Counted from the whole stretch's first letter, positions 13,301-25,595 are shown. The stretch: 61,189 nucleotides of DNA, filler included, from Sphacelaria rigidula (GCA_964200075.2; 7 parts of 7 records of this genome joined end to end with filler, not necessarily neighbours in it), one strand, 5' to 3'. Translations and numbers: made by a program. The notes: a model not told the origin generated them from the sequence alone.

Positions 13301-13726
13301 GGAGGGAAGCGTTGCGGCGTCGCGGCGGCGGCGGCCATGAAACGCCGCGCACAAGCCGACTACTTGCCAAAGGCGCGAGGTGCGCGCCCGCGGGAGGTGA
13401 AAATGGAGGCACAACCTGGTGTGCCCCCAGGAAAACGTCGATGTCGGAAAAACCCAAGTGGGGGCGATGAATCCCGCTCGGTGGAAGCAGCGTCAACCTT
13501 GAGGTTGACAGGAAAGAAGCGGGCATCGTGCTACAGCGATGGTGATACCGAGAAGACGACAGGGACATCCGGGAGGGGCGGTGAGGGGGATGCATGTGCA
13601 AGCGTGGAGGGAGAAGAGGCGGGTGTCGAGAAGGCGGTAGGGCCGCAACAGTTGGTTGATGCGTCCGCAGGGATAGTGCCGAACGAACGGCGGGACGGTG
13701 CGTCGGGCAATAACCATGTCCCATAG
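10338..13726 (+). CDS. bZIP-PAS transcription factor (aureochrome-like domain order, non-LOV PAS), about 970 aa from Met at 10338
   Basis: Exons 10338-11855 (GAG|gtgag), 12054-12197 (cag|CGC...AAG|gtacgt) and 12476-13726 (cag|GGT...TAG), all phase 0. Basic region KRAANRKSAQLSRKRKK (N-x7-R) with zipper L-x6-L-x6-L, then a PAS fold (ILEVIPDPVFAFD...VWFASNSASAQVGLSVEDL...FFDLMTEDCS...GELSGRL...IMAVCSVRP). An in-frame acceptor at 10295/10296 suggests a further upstream exon is possible. Confidence 0.88.
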
Positions 13727-15029
13727 TTTGCTTGTTTGTTATAGGTAGGAGAAATGCTTACAGTCGGGAGGGGGGAGTGGGGGGGGTGGTGGGGTATGTT
13801 CTTGTTTATATCTCATCGGGCGAAACAGGCTGAGCGAGCGAATGCTATGGCGACGTATGCAGGGTTCTTGAGCCAAGTGGGGAGTTGGGAGATTTGGGGG
13901 CGAAAGGGAGCGATGACGCGTGATAACCTGGTGATGCGGATACCCCCCAAGAACAAAAAGCCTCCTCACGTGGAGAATGAAGGACAATTTTGAAGACGGG
14001 ATTAGAGCTCTGCTACATTAGTAAGGAACAAGAGCAGGGGATACAAAATAAACGTTTTTCACGACCGGGTTTGTGTTGATGAGGGTTTAATGGGAAGGGG
14101 TCTGGGCTGCGGCTGAGCGTCTGTCCATGGGCGGCATGGTTTTGACGGCTAAAGACAGATCACAAGCTTTGGCATTGTAGTGTGTTTGAGTATACTAGTC
14201 GCTCTGGATTGGACATGGCTTTTGGTGTTGCACACAGATTCTAATTGTGTCACTGAAGACGCAAAGATACAACAACGAAAAGTTTGCGCCTGTTTCAGAC
14301 CGACGCTGTAACGTGTCAATTCTTGTATGTGGTATCATCCACTTTGGCTGAGCTGTTGTGGGGTTGAATGTATGGGTTAGTTGTCGTGTGCGTGTGTGCT
14401 GTGCGCGTGTGTGCGAGTCGTTTCATTCCTGTAGTTGTGTAAAGTTCCGAGGGTGACGTGGTGAGCGACGGTGTTATGGAGAATGGGCTCTCATACACGC
14501 CACTTTTTCGTGAGGGTTTACCCGCTTCCGCTCGATCGCGCCGCAGCCGAGGTGGAGAACAAGGCGTGTCGATTTGCGTTTTCGATGTATAGGCCGTGAG
14601 TGCTGTTGGGCTTGGAAGCGTTGGTCTTGTCTGTAGTGCCGTGGCGACGAATGTTGAGAAGGCAGCGACGCTGTTTATTTCGCGGTTGTGTCTTGCTGCG
14701 ATATCTGTGTGATTTTTTTAACATTGATCATCTGTTTGCGCGGTGTCGTTTTGTTGATTCTCGTGGATGATCGTTTTCCGCAAAGAGGAGAAGGACAGTG
14801 GAGGGGAGGGGAGGGGAGGGGAGGGGGGTCATTGTCGTTCCGCTTGCAGCTTACGTGGTGCCTTGACAGCGGTGGCGTTTCCCTCTGTAGTTTCAGGAAG
14901 AACAGTGAGTGGCGATGGCTCTTGATGGCTTCACACGCACAATGGTGGTGACGGTAGCAGCAGAGGAAGCAGGTTTTTACCATGAAAAATTACGAAGATT
15001 GCATTCTGTTGGATATGGTGGTTGTATAG

Positions 15030-16640
15030 CGTACCCGGGGTTTTACCCGGGTATCACACGTGCCCGACACTTCTGCAGGATCTGTACAAATGTTCACCCT
15101 TGCCCGGGGTAAGGGTATATCTTGTGGCCTGGTTGCGGGCACGGGTTTCTATATAAGCTCCATACCGCACCGACAGCTCCTGTAAGTCCTGAAGGACATT
15201 CATATTGGTACTGTAAGTTGCGTGAGAAATCTCATATCCTACCCAACATGCGTGTACCCTACAGAACACAGACTTGGAAATGTATTCTTTTTTGAACGGA
15301 GGAACCCTCGCGGGAGTGCAGAAGACCAAAAACTACTCCCAAACCCAACTATCCCCAAACATCATGATCTATCAAAGCATGGTTTCGGAATATTTGACGG
15401 TTATGTTGCTGCGTAGGATACGATTTTTTGTTCACCCCTGTGGTATCTACCCGTGTATTGTCCGTACCAGATGGGGTGTGCGAAACCTATAATTCTCCCA
15501 TATGATCCCGTACCGAACACCTTTGTGAGTTGTGTGAGCCTCCCATATCGGTACCCGATAGTTGAGTAACATATGTGCGAAATCTTCACCCTTTCTGGGG
15601 CACGAGTATAGTGGTGAGCATCAGAAGTTTTCATAATTCGTAGTTGTTGTAGTTCTTGAGTTTTTCTTGAGTATTATTCTTCATTACTTCCTGAAAGTGC
15701 TAGCCCCGGTAGATTGAGGTGAAAGCATAGGCCGCGCTCAAACTGCAGTTGCCAAAATTGTGTTTGTGGGGCGATACGGACTAGATACCCCGTTTAATAG
15801 GAGGGTGTTTTTGACCGTTTTTGGTCCAATAAATACAGTTTTCCGGCTCTTCCGCAACGAAACGGTAAATATCTTGATGAATGAGTACGTAAACAATTCT
15901 TCACACTAATGATCGAGATCGTGTTTCCCTCTTATATTGCACAGACCTCAGTCAGGCATTTTCTGCGGATGGCCTCTTTTCGTTTTTTTTTCGCATAACG
16001 TTTTCCATGAGCACTCGAAAGTTCAAGCGTCGATAGATTCGGCAAAATCAGCAGAACTTGCTCAAATCACATTGCCCAAGTTGGTGTTGTGGGGGCGATA
16101 GCAAATACCCCATTTATCAGGAGGGTGTTATTGACCGGGAATGATCCAAGAAACATAGTTTTCCGGCTTCAGCGCAGTGAGTAGGTGGAATTTCAGAAAA
16201 ATAATCCTCTTGGAGTCTTTGCTTATATGATCGGGATCGAGTCGGTCCGCCGAAAATACCGAGAAGATAGAACCTGGGGTTGGACTTTCGCAGGACTCCC
16301 GACGATTGGTCAAGCCCGTAAGTCACTCAACATTAATCACCGATATTTTTGCTTTGGATATTTGCCAAGAAGATGAAAGATCCTCAGATGCCCATTCTTT
16401 GGCATTCGAGAGTCACTGTGATGAGCAGTGGCGAGCGGAACAAATTTTGATTTGTTTTCCGAAACTAAGACACAACAAATTCTGCATACTTTCGATGCTG
16501 ACTACTGTATATCCTTGTAGAATACCCGGTTGGGGGTAAGGGTATATGTATACCCTCCGTACCGTACCCGACAGGTCTGTAAGACTTCCGTACAGACAGG
16601 GACATGCTAGTTTTGTAAAATCTCATACCCCACCAAGCAC
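15030..16640. repeat. Degenerate DNA-transposon-like sequence with TACCCG-rich ends and an internal diverged duplication
   Basis: TACCCG/CGGGTA and GGGGTAAGGGTATAT motifs at ~15030-15120 and ~16520-16570. Segments ~15735-15850 and ~16060-16170 are diverged copies of each other. Confidence 0.45.
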
Positions 16641-16729
16641 AATCAATGAATGAACGAATGTCTATGTGAAATTGAGAGTAGAGTAGTATACGATTGAGAC
16701 TCGGAAGCGATCAATCAATTAATTAATGA

Positions 16730-16950
16730 ATCGTTTCAGTTCCGAAGTGCCACTCCACTATATATAGGTCCGATAGCTTGCCACTGAAGCCCGTGATATC
16801 TCTGGGTAGGATATCGACGTGCAGCTGTAAGCACACGCCAGCAGTACTACAAGCAAAAAAAAGCACACACGGGATGAAAAGTTGGTCAAGCTAAAGCGAA
16901 TGAAAAGACCCACTCTCAATCAACGCTCTTCTCTCAATCTCGCGAAAACA
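16730..16950 (+). repeat. Dispersed repeat family, copies at ~51910-52140 and ~35028-35085
   Basis: Shared CGTTTCAGTTCCGAA.TGCC...GATATC.CTG.GTAGGATATCGA.GTG.AGCTGTAAGCACACG...CTCTCAATCTC.CGAAAA. Confidence 0.75.
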
Positions 16951-17552
16951 TTATTAATGTCACTACTATTGAAAAATGACAAAATAGAAAGGTTCGTCTT
17001 GAACAAATAAGTGCTACGAACTGTTTCACGCTTATCACCCAAAACTTATATCATCAACAAGACCCCCTCGCAATGCCTACTCAATAGTCGCATATATGAC
17101 ATCATACTGACCGCCATGGACAGCTGAAGAGCGTGACATAGCCGGGTTCATGTTTGAGGCCATAGTGGTGGCGCTAAGGGCGAAAAGATACCTGGACCAA
17201 TCAGCGCCCTTCAATTGTTCTGAAATCGAAAATACGAATTCCAAGCCCTACTTTTACCCAATCGACACATGCTTCAAATCGTAGTAAAACTACCATCAGC
17301 TCGGCGAACTGACGGAAAAAAAAAACGGAGGAGTGATGCTACGGTAGAGGTACAGACATAATTTCTGAGATTAGAATTGTTAGGAGCCCCTCATCTCATC
17401 CAAAACACGACTTATNNNNNNNNNNNNNNNNNNNNNNNNNNNNNNNNNNNNNNNNNNNNTTAATTAATTAANNNNNNNNNNNNNNNNNNNNNNNNNNNNN
17501 NNNNNNNNNNNNNNNGTGGGTGGGGGGGGGGGGGGGGGGGGGGTGGGGGGGT

Positions 17553-17592
<40 letters not shown>

Positions 17593-18527
17593 GGGGGGGG
17601 GGGGGGGGGGGGGGGGGGCTAACTCGTTTGTCTCTTGCCTTACTCGTTTTTCCATTGACCATGCATATCTTCCGAGAAGGAGCACTAAAAAGAGGGTGTG
17701 CTCTTGATCTTTCATGCCATAATCATATGGCCATTGATCCTGCATCCCTTGAAAGTCGGGACGGGGCACTCCGGGTTTTCGCCGGACCAGGGGGCGTAGG
17801 GGTGTACTCATGATCTTCCATGCCGTAGTCATATGACCATTGACCTCGCATCCATACTACAAAGCTGAGGGGGAGCACACCAAGGTTGCGCCGGACCATG
17901 CTCGGGGATGGGGGAGGGTATGGGAGATATGCCAAAAAGACAAAATGTCGTGTATCGAGAGCGAGGGCGGTTGATCGCTTGAGAATACGGACTCGTGTCG
18001 AGAAAGTGCAGGCGTTCAAAAAATTGAGAAAAACAGGAAGCGCCCCGCAAGTGGATTGCCACGATTTTGAACCCAGTTATCTGAGGAAAGACATAATGAA
18101 ACTCAGAAAAGCAAGCGGAACACTTTATGACCAACGAGCCATAGGTTTGTGGTTGGTATTGTCCTGCAACGTTTTTGTCACAGGGGAATCGTGGTCAACC
18201 ATGCAAATTGGCTAGGTCGCGCAGGAGGGTTGATTCAATTCGTTCGAAAGTAGGGCCAAGCAAGCACTGAAAACCCCAGAGAGAGGGATGTGCCGGCCAG
18301 AATACGAAATCCGCACTCGGAAAACTAAACAAAGGATGTTTTTGCTGCCTAGATTCGTTCTTTCTTCCCGCGATTTTGCGTTGTCTCGCTTCCGACGGAT
18401 AGGTGAACAGGAAAAATACTATAGCATCCAGTTTATGTCTGTCAACGTCGCGTATTTCCACAGGACGTGCCATGCTCCACGATGTCCAAACGCGAATACC
18501 CGGTACCTACTTGTATCAGTAGCTCAC

Positions 18528-21500
18528 GGGTTTTCTCCATCGCAGTAGCGGTGGCCGTGAGCAAAGGTGTGGGTGTTGTCGGTGTTCATCCTGTCGTGGT
18601 TCGCTCCCATGTTGTGCCCGATTTCGTGTATGTGCGAGAAATTCGAGAAGCAATTCGTGTGTACCACCGAGTAGGCGTACGGTGCGAATGAAGAATCGAG
18701 GGACATCAAGGTGTACCTGCATTTTCAGAGAAAACGTGAGAGGTTCGCCGACAATCGTGACATTACTAGGCCTTCTCTGACCGGAGTCATATGTGAAAGT
18801 CGTTTTTTTGTGAAGACCCGTAATTTCTTGGACGAGCAATACTTGGTTACTACAAACGCGCATAGGAATGTATCAGACGTCATCTGGAAATTGATTGCCT
18901 CGAACACCCACCTACGGCGCCGTGGAACTGTTGCGTGTCATCAGTGGGTAACAGGAAACGTAGTGAGAATAGTGGGGCACAGGCACGGCTGGGAGTGATC
19001 GCGGACTGTGAAGGTGTATGAAGGTATTCTGTGAACAGACACGTACTTCAATGATACCTGACGGGCGAATACTTGTAAAATTCACGTGTTCGGATAGCAA
19101 CGCCAAGTGATACAGTAGACAACACATCTCAGGTTAAAACAAAGCTAGAATATTCAGCTCGTCTCATTTTTTCGTCAACGCGGAAAATACTTCATGGAAA
19201 ACCCGAGCGGGTCGGATGGTTCCTCGCCCTCGGGTAGTTCTCAACGTTGCCCGTTATTTTTTGTTGCGTGCACAACGTAGTTACATTCTGTCCGTGTTGC
19301 GGCCGGGGCACAAGCCCGAGGAACAGCGACCTTTACACGGTTAGGACAAATCAACCCGTGAGTCAACTCAGAGTCATCATTTCAACGAATGAATCATACG
19401 GTACGTACATCATTTGTAATTCACACAGCCAACCTTTCTTCATGAATCAAGGCGTGAATGGCTTGTACATGTGCGCCATGTGTGACAAGTTCGACGTGAG
19501 CGCCCGTATATGTTTCCCACCTTCGGATTAATGCGGGACCTACATCGTCATACAGGTTAACTAATCTCAAGTCATGGGCGCTGAGCCACACACACTTTTC
19601 TCCAAGCTGTAATGCGCGCAAGATTCCTGGACTGCACCATATGTGATATTTTATCCACCCTCGGGTGAATGTGAGACCAACACTCGGCAAAGAGTTGAAT
19701 TCTGCCATTTCATGTTCATGGGGCCTGTATCACGAGTATTTTTCTCCCATGGGTAATGCGCTGCATATGTGTTATCCACCCTCGACTCAACGGACCAATG
19801 GTTTATACATCATGACTGCTTGCGCATCATGACGAGTCAACATAACACCACACTCGGCAGGTACAAGGGAGGCGCCGTAGTTCGCCGCGGCTGTTAAGTA
19901 CCGTGCACGAGCGGTACCTCTGCGTAATGGTCGGAAGATGCGCTCTTCCAATCAAGAACCATCGACGGCGTGGTCGTATGCTGTTGTGTTGGGACCTCAC
20001 AGGAAGGAAACGCGCAACAATGTACTGAAAGCACCTGTACGGCGGATTGCTCCGCCGTGCCGGGAGGACAGCACGGAGCACTTTTCACTTTTCTGTGCTT
20101 CAGACTAACCGACAGCGAAAGGAATGTGGCCGGTACCAAAGTATAGGAAAGGACCATCGAGGATATTGTAGATTGCACATCTTGAACAAAGTTGCTCAGT
20201 GGCGTACATTGGTTCACCGCGGTTGGCAATTGCTGTGTAAAAACATGCCTCGACGGAATCCACTCGGGGTTTCCTTGTCCTGTCCCAACAACACGGTTAG
20301 GACGGGAAAATAAAATCGATTCAACTCACAGCCATTATTTCAACGAATAGATCATATTATTCGTACATCGTTCGTAATTCATACAGCTTCTTAGCTTGTG
20401 CGTGGTGCAGTATAACCCGAAGATATCCGCTTCATACCTTGCATGAATACCGGGGTAAATAAAGGGCACATAGTCAACCCTGCACCGCAAATTTACATGC
20501 ATCGATTGTAAATGTCACGCGCTTCTGATTATCATGAGTCGGGAAGATCATGTACAACTTGCTTGACCAACTTGTTGGAAGTGAGCGCCCGTACATTTTT
20601 CCCGCCATCGGGCTACTGCGGGACCAACAAGTTGCACAGGTTGAACCTTCACTTCGGATGGGCCCTGAACCACGCGTAATCTTTTCACAGCTGTAATGCG
20701 CGCAAGATAACTGCGCTGCACATGTGTTATCCACCCTCGACTCAGCGGAATCAACGATTTATACAGCATAACTGCTTGCACGTCATGAGGAGTCGACTCG
20801 TATGAATTCTGACTTGCCCTAACCGTGGACCTTTGTCGAAGCAGGAACATGCGCGAGTGGAAATCACAGATCATGGTGATTACACCTTCAGCCGTTTTCC
20901 GCCGAGACAACACAAAATAAGAGACAAGATGGGGAAGACTGGAACGAGATTGGACAAAATGCGCAACAATAAATCGACCCTTACGCGATACGACCCTTAC
21001 GCGATACCGCAGGTGCCATCGAAGAAGCCAACAAGCTGCACGAGGTCGGCGCCGTACTTGTCTCGAAGTAAGGGCGCAATGGCTAATTCGCCGATGCCAC
21101 CAGACAATGATTTGACGGCGTCCTTAACTTCAGCTTCTTCGACGTATTTTACCTGCAGGCGAACAGTTCACATGATGTGCGCGCAAAGCGGCGAGGACCT
21201 CACTATGATAACGGAATCACAGCTCAGCATCCTGGAACTTGCGCGCCGTTCGATAGGGAGAAAACATGGGTCAGTCCCGACGGCACTGATTTCTGTGCTT
21301 GAAATATGCGTTAGATCTCCGTGGAGCATCGTTTTCATCTCTCGCAAGCATGCCTTCAAAACAGTGTTGTGTACTGTCTGTGTGTATGTATGAGTGTGCG
21401 TGCGTGCGTGCGTGTGTGTTAGAGAGGGAGGGAGTGCGTGTGTGTGTGTGTCTGTGTGTGTGTGTGTGTGTCTGTCTGTCTGTCTGTCTGTCTGCCCGTC

Positions 21501-24427
21501 TGTTTTCGGATGATTTATTCTGGACGCCAGCACCTTCAGGTGTGTATGGATGCACCAGCCAGTATCGCACAGCAGTTTGTTTTTCCTGCTAAGCCTCCCT
21601 TCTGCGATGCTTACCATAACTTTTATCTCGTGGAGGGTTTGGTCCTCCCCTTCCCTCCTCGATAGTTGAATCGAATTTTCTTTCCTCACGAAATAATCGT
21701 TCTCCTGTGGTAGGCACATTGTGAGAAAAGAACCCAGTGCGTGAGACTGCACCGAGGATCGAACTCACGACCTCAAAGCCTCACAAGGTTCTCGAAGCTA
21801 CCAACTGGACTACCGGGGCGACCGTCTCTCACTACTGTAGGTACTCGGTTGTTCCTCACATGCTGCATGTGCACTATGTTGAGCGTAACGTTCACGCCCG
21901 AATCTGTCAGAGCGTCGTTCGCCATCGAGTACGCCCCCACGATGTCTGATTCCATCTGAGCCGTGCTATTTATGGAGCCCTGTGCATTATCCGACAAAGA
22001 CATGGCTTTTGACGTGTACAGCACCAGAACATCGATCTGCACATTTGATGAATCGGTAACAGAAGAGTGGAAGGGGGGAAGGGAGGCTGCGAAATGAGAT
22101 AAACAACGGGGAACACACGGACAGCGCATGAAAAATTCCCATTTCAGACATGATACACTTTTGATTGATTGATTGTTCGATTGATTGTCGTACTCCAACA
22201 GACCCGCCAGGGATCCAGCCGTAGTTCAACAGCCTGGATCCGTTTTTGAGGTTCAACATTTGGGTGAGGTTCAACGCGAAAACAGCGCTCTCTCTGACCT
22301 AAAGTCATGACTAATGAATTTCATATGGACGACCTCATGCCCCCCCACCTTCTTAAAACTATTTTCGGGGGTTTCCCGTCTTCCGTGCCCCCAAAGTGTA
22401 TATGCGAAAGCACCAATTTCGGTCTAAAAACGTCCCCTTTTTCGCCCCGATATCGAGGCAAAAAGGTGTTTTCGCACATACGCTTTGGGGGCACGGATGA
22501 CGGGCAATCCCCGAAAATAGTTTTGAGGAGATCGGGGGGCATGAGGTCGTCCATATGAAATTCATTGATCATGACTTTAGGTCAGGAAAAGCGCTGTTTT
22601 CGCGTTGAACCTCACCCAAATGTTGAACCTCAAAAACGAATCCAGGCTGTTGTTGCATGATAGACAAGTCCGAGACGAAACAAAACCGCAACACTCGCTG
22701 AAAAATGAAGAAGAAGCAGAAAAGGTAGAACAGAACAACAGAGTAGACTAAGACATGAAAATAAACTATCAAAGAAAGTGCTGCGAAAAGGACGTTTCCC
22801 CAAGCGCATTTTACGTTCACCACTTGTTTCAGAGCTGAGATACAGTGCGCCACACGGGAAAAAAAAGAGCCAGCGATGCTAGCTGAGTCGTGTACCCTTG
22901 GCATCGTCTAGACAAAACGATGTTCAAAGGCGGGCTACAGACGCATAGTTGATCCTATTAGGTCTCACCCGCTCACGAAGTTTGTGAACATTATGTAGTA
23001 CACATGCACATGACCCTGGTTGAGAGCCTCTAAGCTTGATGCATTTCGTAAAGCTTTATGTATCGCGTATGCACGTGGGCCTCATTGAGATCCTCTTAGG
23101 TGTATGCAACTAGTGTTTGAAGGCACCCGGGTGAAATGTGCGGGTTCATAGATCGCAGGGGGCTTGAGCTGTCCACGGGAAGAAGAATGATAAAGTTGTG
23201 ACCCACCGTGTTGGTTGTGGAAAGGATGCGCCCGCTCGGCATTTGCACGTCGTCTGTGCCTAGCCTGCGGATTCCTCGTGCGTGATAATTATCTTGCTCC
23301 GCTGGTTTTGCTTTGAGGTATTCCTTCGTAAGGAGGAAAGCCGAAGTCGACGAAAGAGAACCAACCGACAACAAGAGATAGCGGAGGTGAAGCGGCACAC
23401 AGTAAGGATGATGCAGTCGAACTACGTACAGAAATATACGTTCAAAATGTTAAAACTGTGTCTACGGCAGGATGATCCTACAATAAGGGGTGTGTACTCA
23501 TGATCTTGCATGCCGTAATCATAAGACAGTTGATTTCATATCCCTACAAAGCCAGGACGGAGCACCCCGGGTTTTCGCTGGACCCCGTTCAATAAGGTGT
23601 ATTCATGGTCTTGCATGCTGTAGTCACATGATGATTCACCTCGCATCCCTACAAAGCCGAGACGGAGAACGCCGGGTTTTCGCCGGACCAGGCTCGCAAT
23701 CAGTCACCGAACGCGAAGCGCCGTGATGTATTCGGCGAGTCGCATGAAGGTGAGCTACATCCTGCTCAGATTCTTCGGCCCGAGGCGTACTTGCATACCG
23801 TGACAGCCTCCAATGACATTCTTTATTTTCTGGTATTGTCACTTCCAAAGACAGCTACGGGTTCCACACTGCCTCGTGAGTGTCTCCCTATTTCAACACT
23901 ACGTAGTATGACTATCCCCTTGACGCGGAGTTGAGGTTCTTCCACCCCGCGCAATATGATCTAGCTGGACCACCATCATGGCGACCGGAAAACAACGCAA
24001 GCGCGCGCAAAAAAGCAGTAATTATATTGCCTAGCGTACGCAATGACTGACATGTTATACAACGTCATTGCCAACCGACGCCAACCCCATGAGACTCACT
24101 AGGGGGAGGGGGTGTACTCATGATCATGCATGCGATAGCCATGAGTACACCAGTACAGTATAGGTGGAGGGGGGGGGGGGCGTACTCATTTGCTGGTTGC
24201 CTCAGTCGTTTGACCATTGACCATTTTCATTCGGTGCCGAGGACGGGGGGTAATTCCACGAAAAAAAGGCGCTCATCGGTGTGTCAGACGAACTGACACA
24301 CTCGTGGTGCGGTTGCATAGGTCGAGCAGTATGAATGAATGTGTCTCATTGGTACCAAGCGCGTTCGAAAAGGTTGCTGCTTTCAGCGACGGTTTAAAGT
24401 GGCGTTCTCGTGGGGGAAAATGTTCAT

Positions 24428-24462
<35 letters not shown>

Positions 24463-25595
24463 CCCCCCCCCCCCGGGCGAGACCGGCGCAGTCCAGACAA
24501 TCTCAGCAAACAAAAAAGAGGAGTCNNNNNNNNNNCCCACTCCCCCTGGTCTGCTCCGTCTCGAAAGGGATGCGCGGTCAATGGTCAAACGACTAAGGCA
24601 AGCAACGAATGAGTACGCCCCCCGCCCCCCACTCCCCCTGGTCCGGCGAAAACCCGGCGGGCCCCGTCCCGGCTTTGAAGGGGCGGACCTTCTATGAGGT
24701 TGGCATCGATTGGTTTCGATGCTGTGAAACACGCCACCAACTGTGTACGCTACGCAATCAGATTACCGTATTTTTGCGTGCGCTTGCGTTTTTTCGCGGC
24801 AACCACGATGATGGTCGAGCTAGATCATATTGCGCGGGGTGGAAGAACCTCAATGCCGCGTCAAAGGGATAATCATACTACCTAGTGTTGAGATGGTGAG
24901 ACACCCACGAGGCGGTGTGGAAACCGTAGCTGTCTTTGGAAGTGGCGATACCAGAAAATGAAGAATGTTATTGGAGGCTATCATCTGTATGCAAGTACGC
25001 TTCGGGCCGAAGAATCTGAGCAGGATGTAGCTCACCTTCATGGGACTCACCGTACACATCCGGCGCTTCGCGCTTGGTGATTGATTGCGAGCCTTGATTG
25101 ATTGATTGGTTGATTGTCGCACTTTAACTGACCCCCCAGGGATCCAGCCGTGGTCTCATGATAGACGTACCCAAGAAAAACGAAAATGAAACAGAGCCTG
25201 GTCTGGCGAAAACCCGGCATTCTCCGTCCCGACTTTGTAGGGGTGCGAGGTGAATTATCATATGACTACGGCATGCACGATCATGAGTACACCTCTCCCT
25301 CCCACCCGTATCGTATGATGACCCGGCAATGATGTACCTGAAGGTGTGATTACAACATGGGAACCATACTGGCAGAGCTCCCAATCGACGGTATATACGC
25401 TTTCATGTGCTCCATGCACTAACGGTACGCAATAATGTTCAAACTGATCCAACTTTCCCGGGGCGTATCCATCTCGGCATAGCAAGCGTGTATGCCGCGG
25501 TCTGGCACACTTACGGCAAGCAGCTTGATATCGTCGTCCTTCCTGCCGACGTCGGGATTCCTTAGTCTCTCCGCTTGCATTCCCTTTTCGACCAC
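18528..25595 (-). CDS. Zinc metalloendopeptidase, metzincin (reprolysin-like / peptidyl-Asp metalloendopeptidase-like); partial
   Basis: Exons 25595-25515 (VVEKG...IKLLA), 23323-23207 (EYLKA...STTNT), 22036-21860 (IDVLVLYT...ANDALTDSGVNVTLNIVHMQH), 21152-21001 (VKYVE...LRDKYGADLVQLVG...CGIA) and 18716-18528 (YTL...YAYSVVHTNC...HEIGHNMGANHDR...AHGHRYCDGENP). All junctions are AG/GT with matching phases 0,0,0,2. HExxHxxGxxH motif present. Start exon and Met-turn exon not found in the contig. Confidence 0.9.
21375..21823 (-). mobile_element. tRNA-derived SINE with (CA)n tail
   Basis: Minus strand begins GGTCGCCCCGG, then A box TAGTCCAGTTGG and B box GAGTTCGATCC. The body is similar to 57581-57999 and ends in a TG/CA microsatellite at ~21375-21495. 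Confidence 0.75.
22227..22652. mobile_element. Foldback MITE / long inverted repeat (426 bp)
   Basis: CAACAGCCTGGAT...GAGGTTCAACATTTGGGTGAGGTTCAACGCGAAAACAGCGCT...CATATGGACGACCTCATG is mirrored through ATCCAGGCTGTTG. Arms are roughly 185 bp with few mismatches. Confidence 0.9.
23487..24150 (+). mobile_element. Copy of abundant MITE-like family with GGGGTGTACTCATGATC-type ends
   Basis: The terminal motif GGGGTGTACTCATGATC(A/T)TGCATGCC recurs at ~17799, 23487, 24109, 25270-25295, 26272-26343 and 56290-56385. Internal body 23692-24040 recurs inverted at 24745-25093 and ~56085-56290. Confidence 0.7.
24745..25295 (-). mobile_element. Inverted second copy of the same family, carrying an inserted RTE 3' end (~25094-25158)
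   Basis: Reverse complement of 23692-24040 (e.g. GGGCCGAAGAATCTGAGCAGGATGTAGCTCACCTTCATG). (TGAT)n plus GTCGCACTTTAACTGACCCCCCAGGGATCCAGCCGTGGT matches the LINE tail at ~4250-4327. Confidence 0.7.

Noticed and set aside
17516..17618. Poly-G runs (poly-Gly/Pro ORFs, possible G-quadruplexes), also at 33-62, 8759-8804, 24429-24474 and 52396-52419
   Set aside because: They lie at contig or gap edges where homopolymer length is unreliable, and there is no coding support.
21740..21823. tRNA gene (also at 57581-57655)
   Set aside because: A and B boxes are present but I could not form a clean cloverleaf. Both copies continue into a shared body and CA tail, so they are SINE heads.
23323..23398. Apparent signal peptide MPLHLRYLLLSVGSLSSTSA in the ORF track
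   Set aside because: The start is GTG and the hydrophobic stretch is the polypyrimidine tract before the acceptor at 23324/23323.
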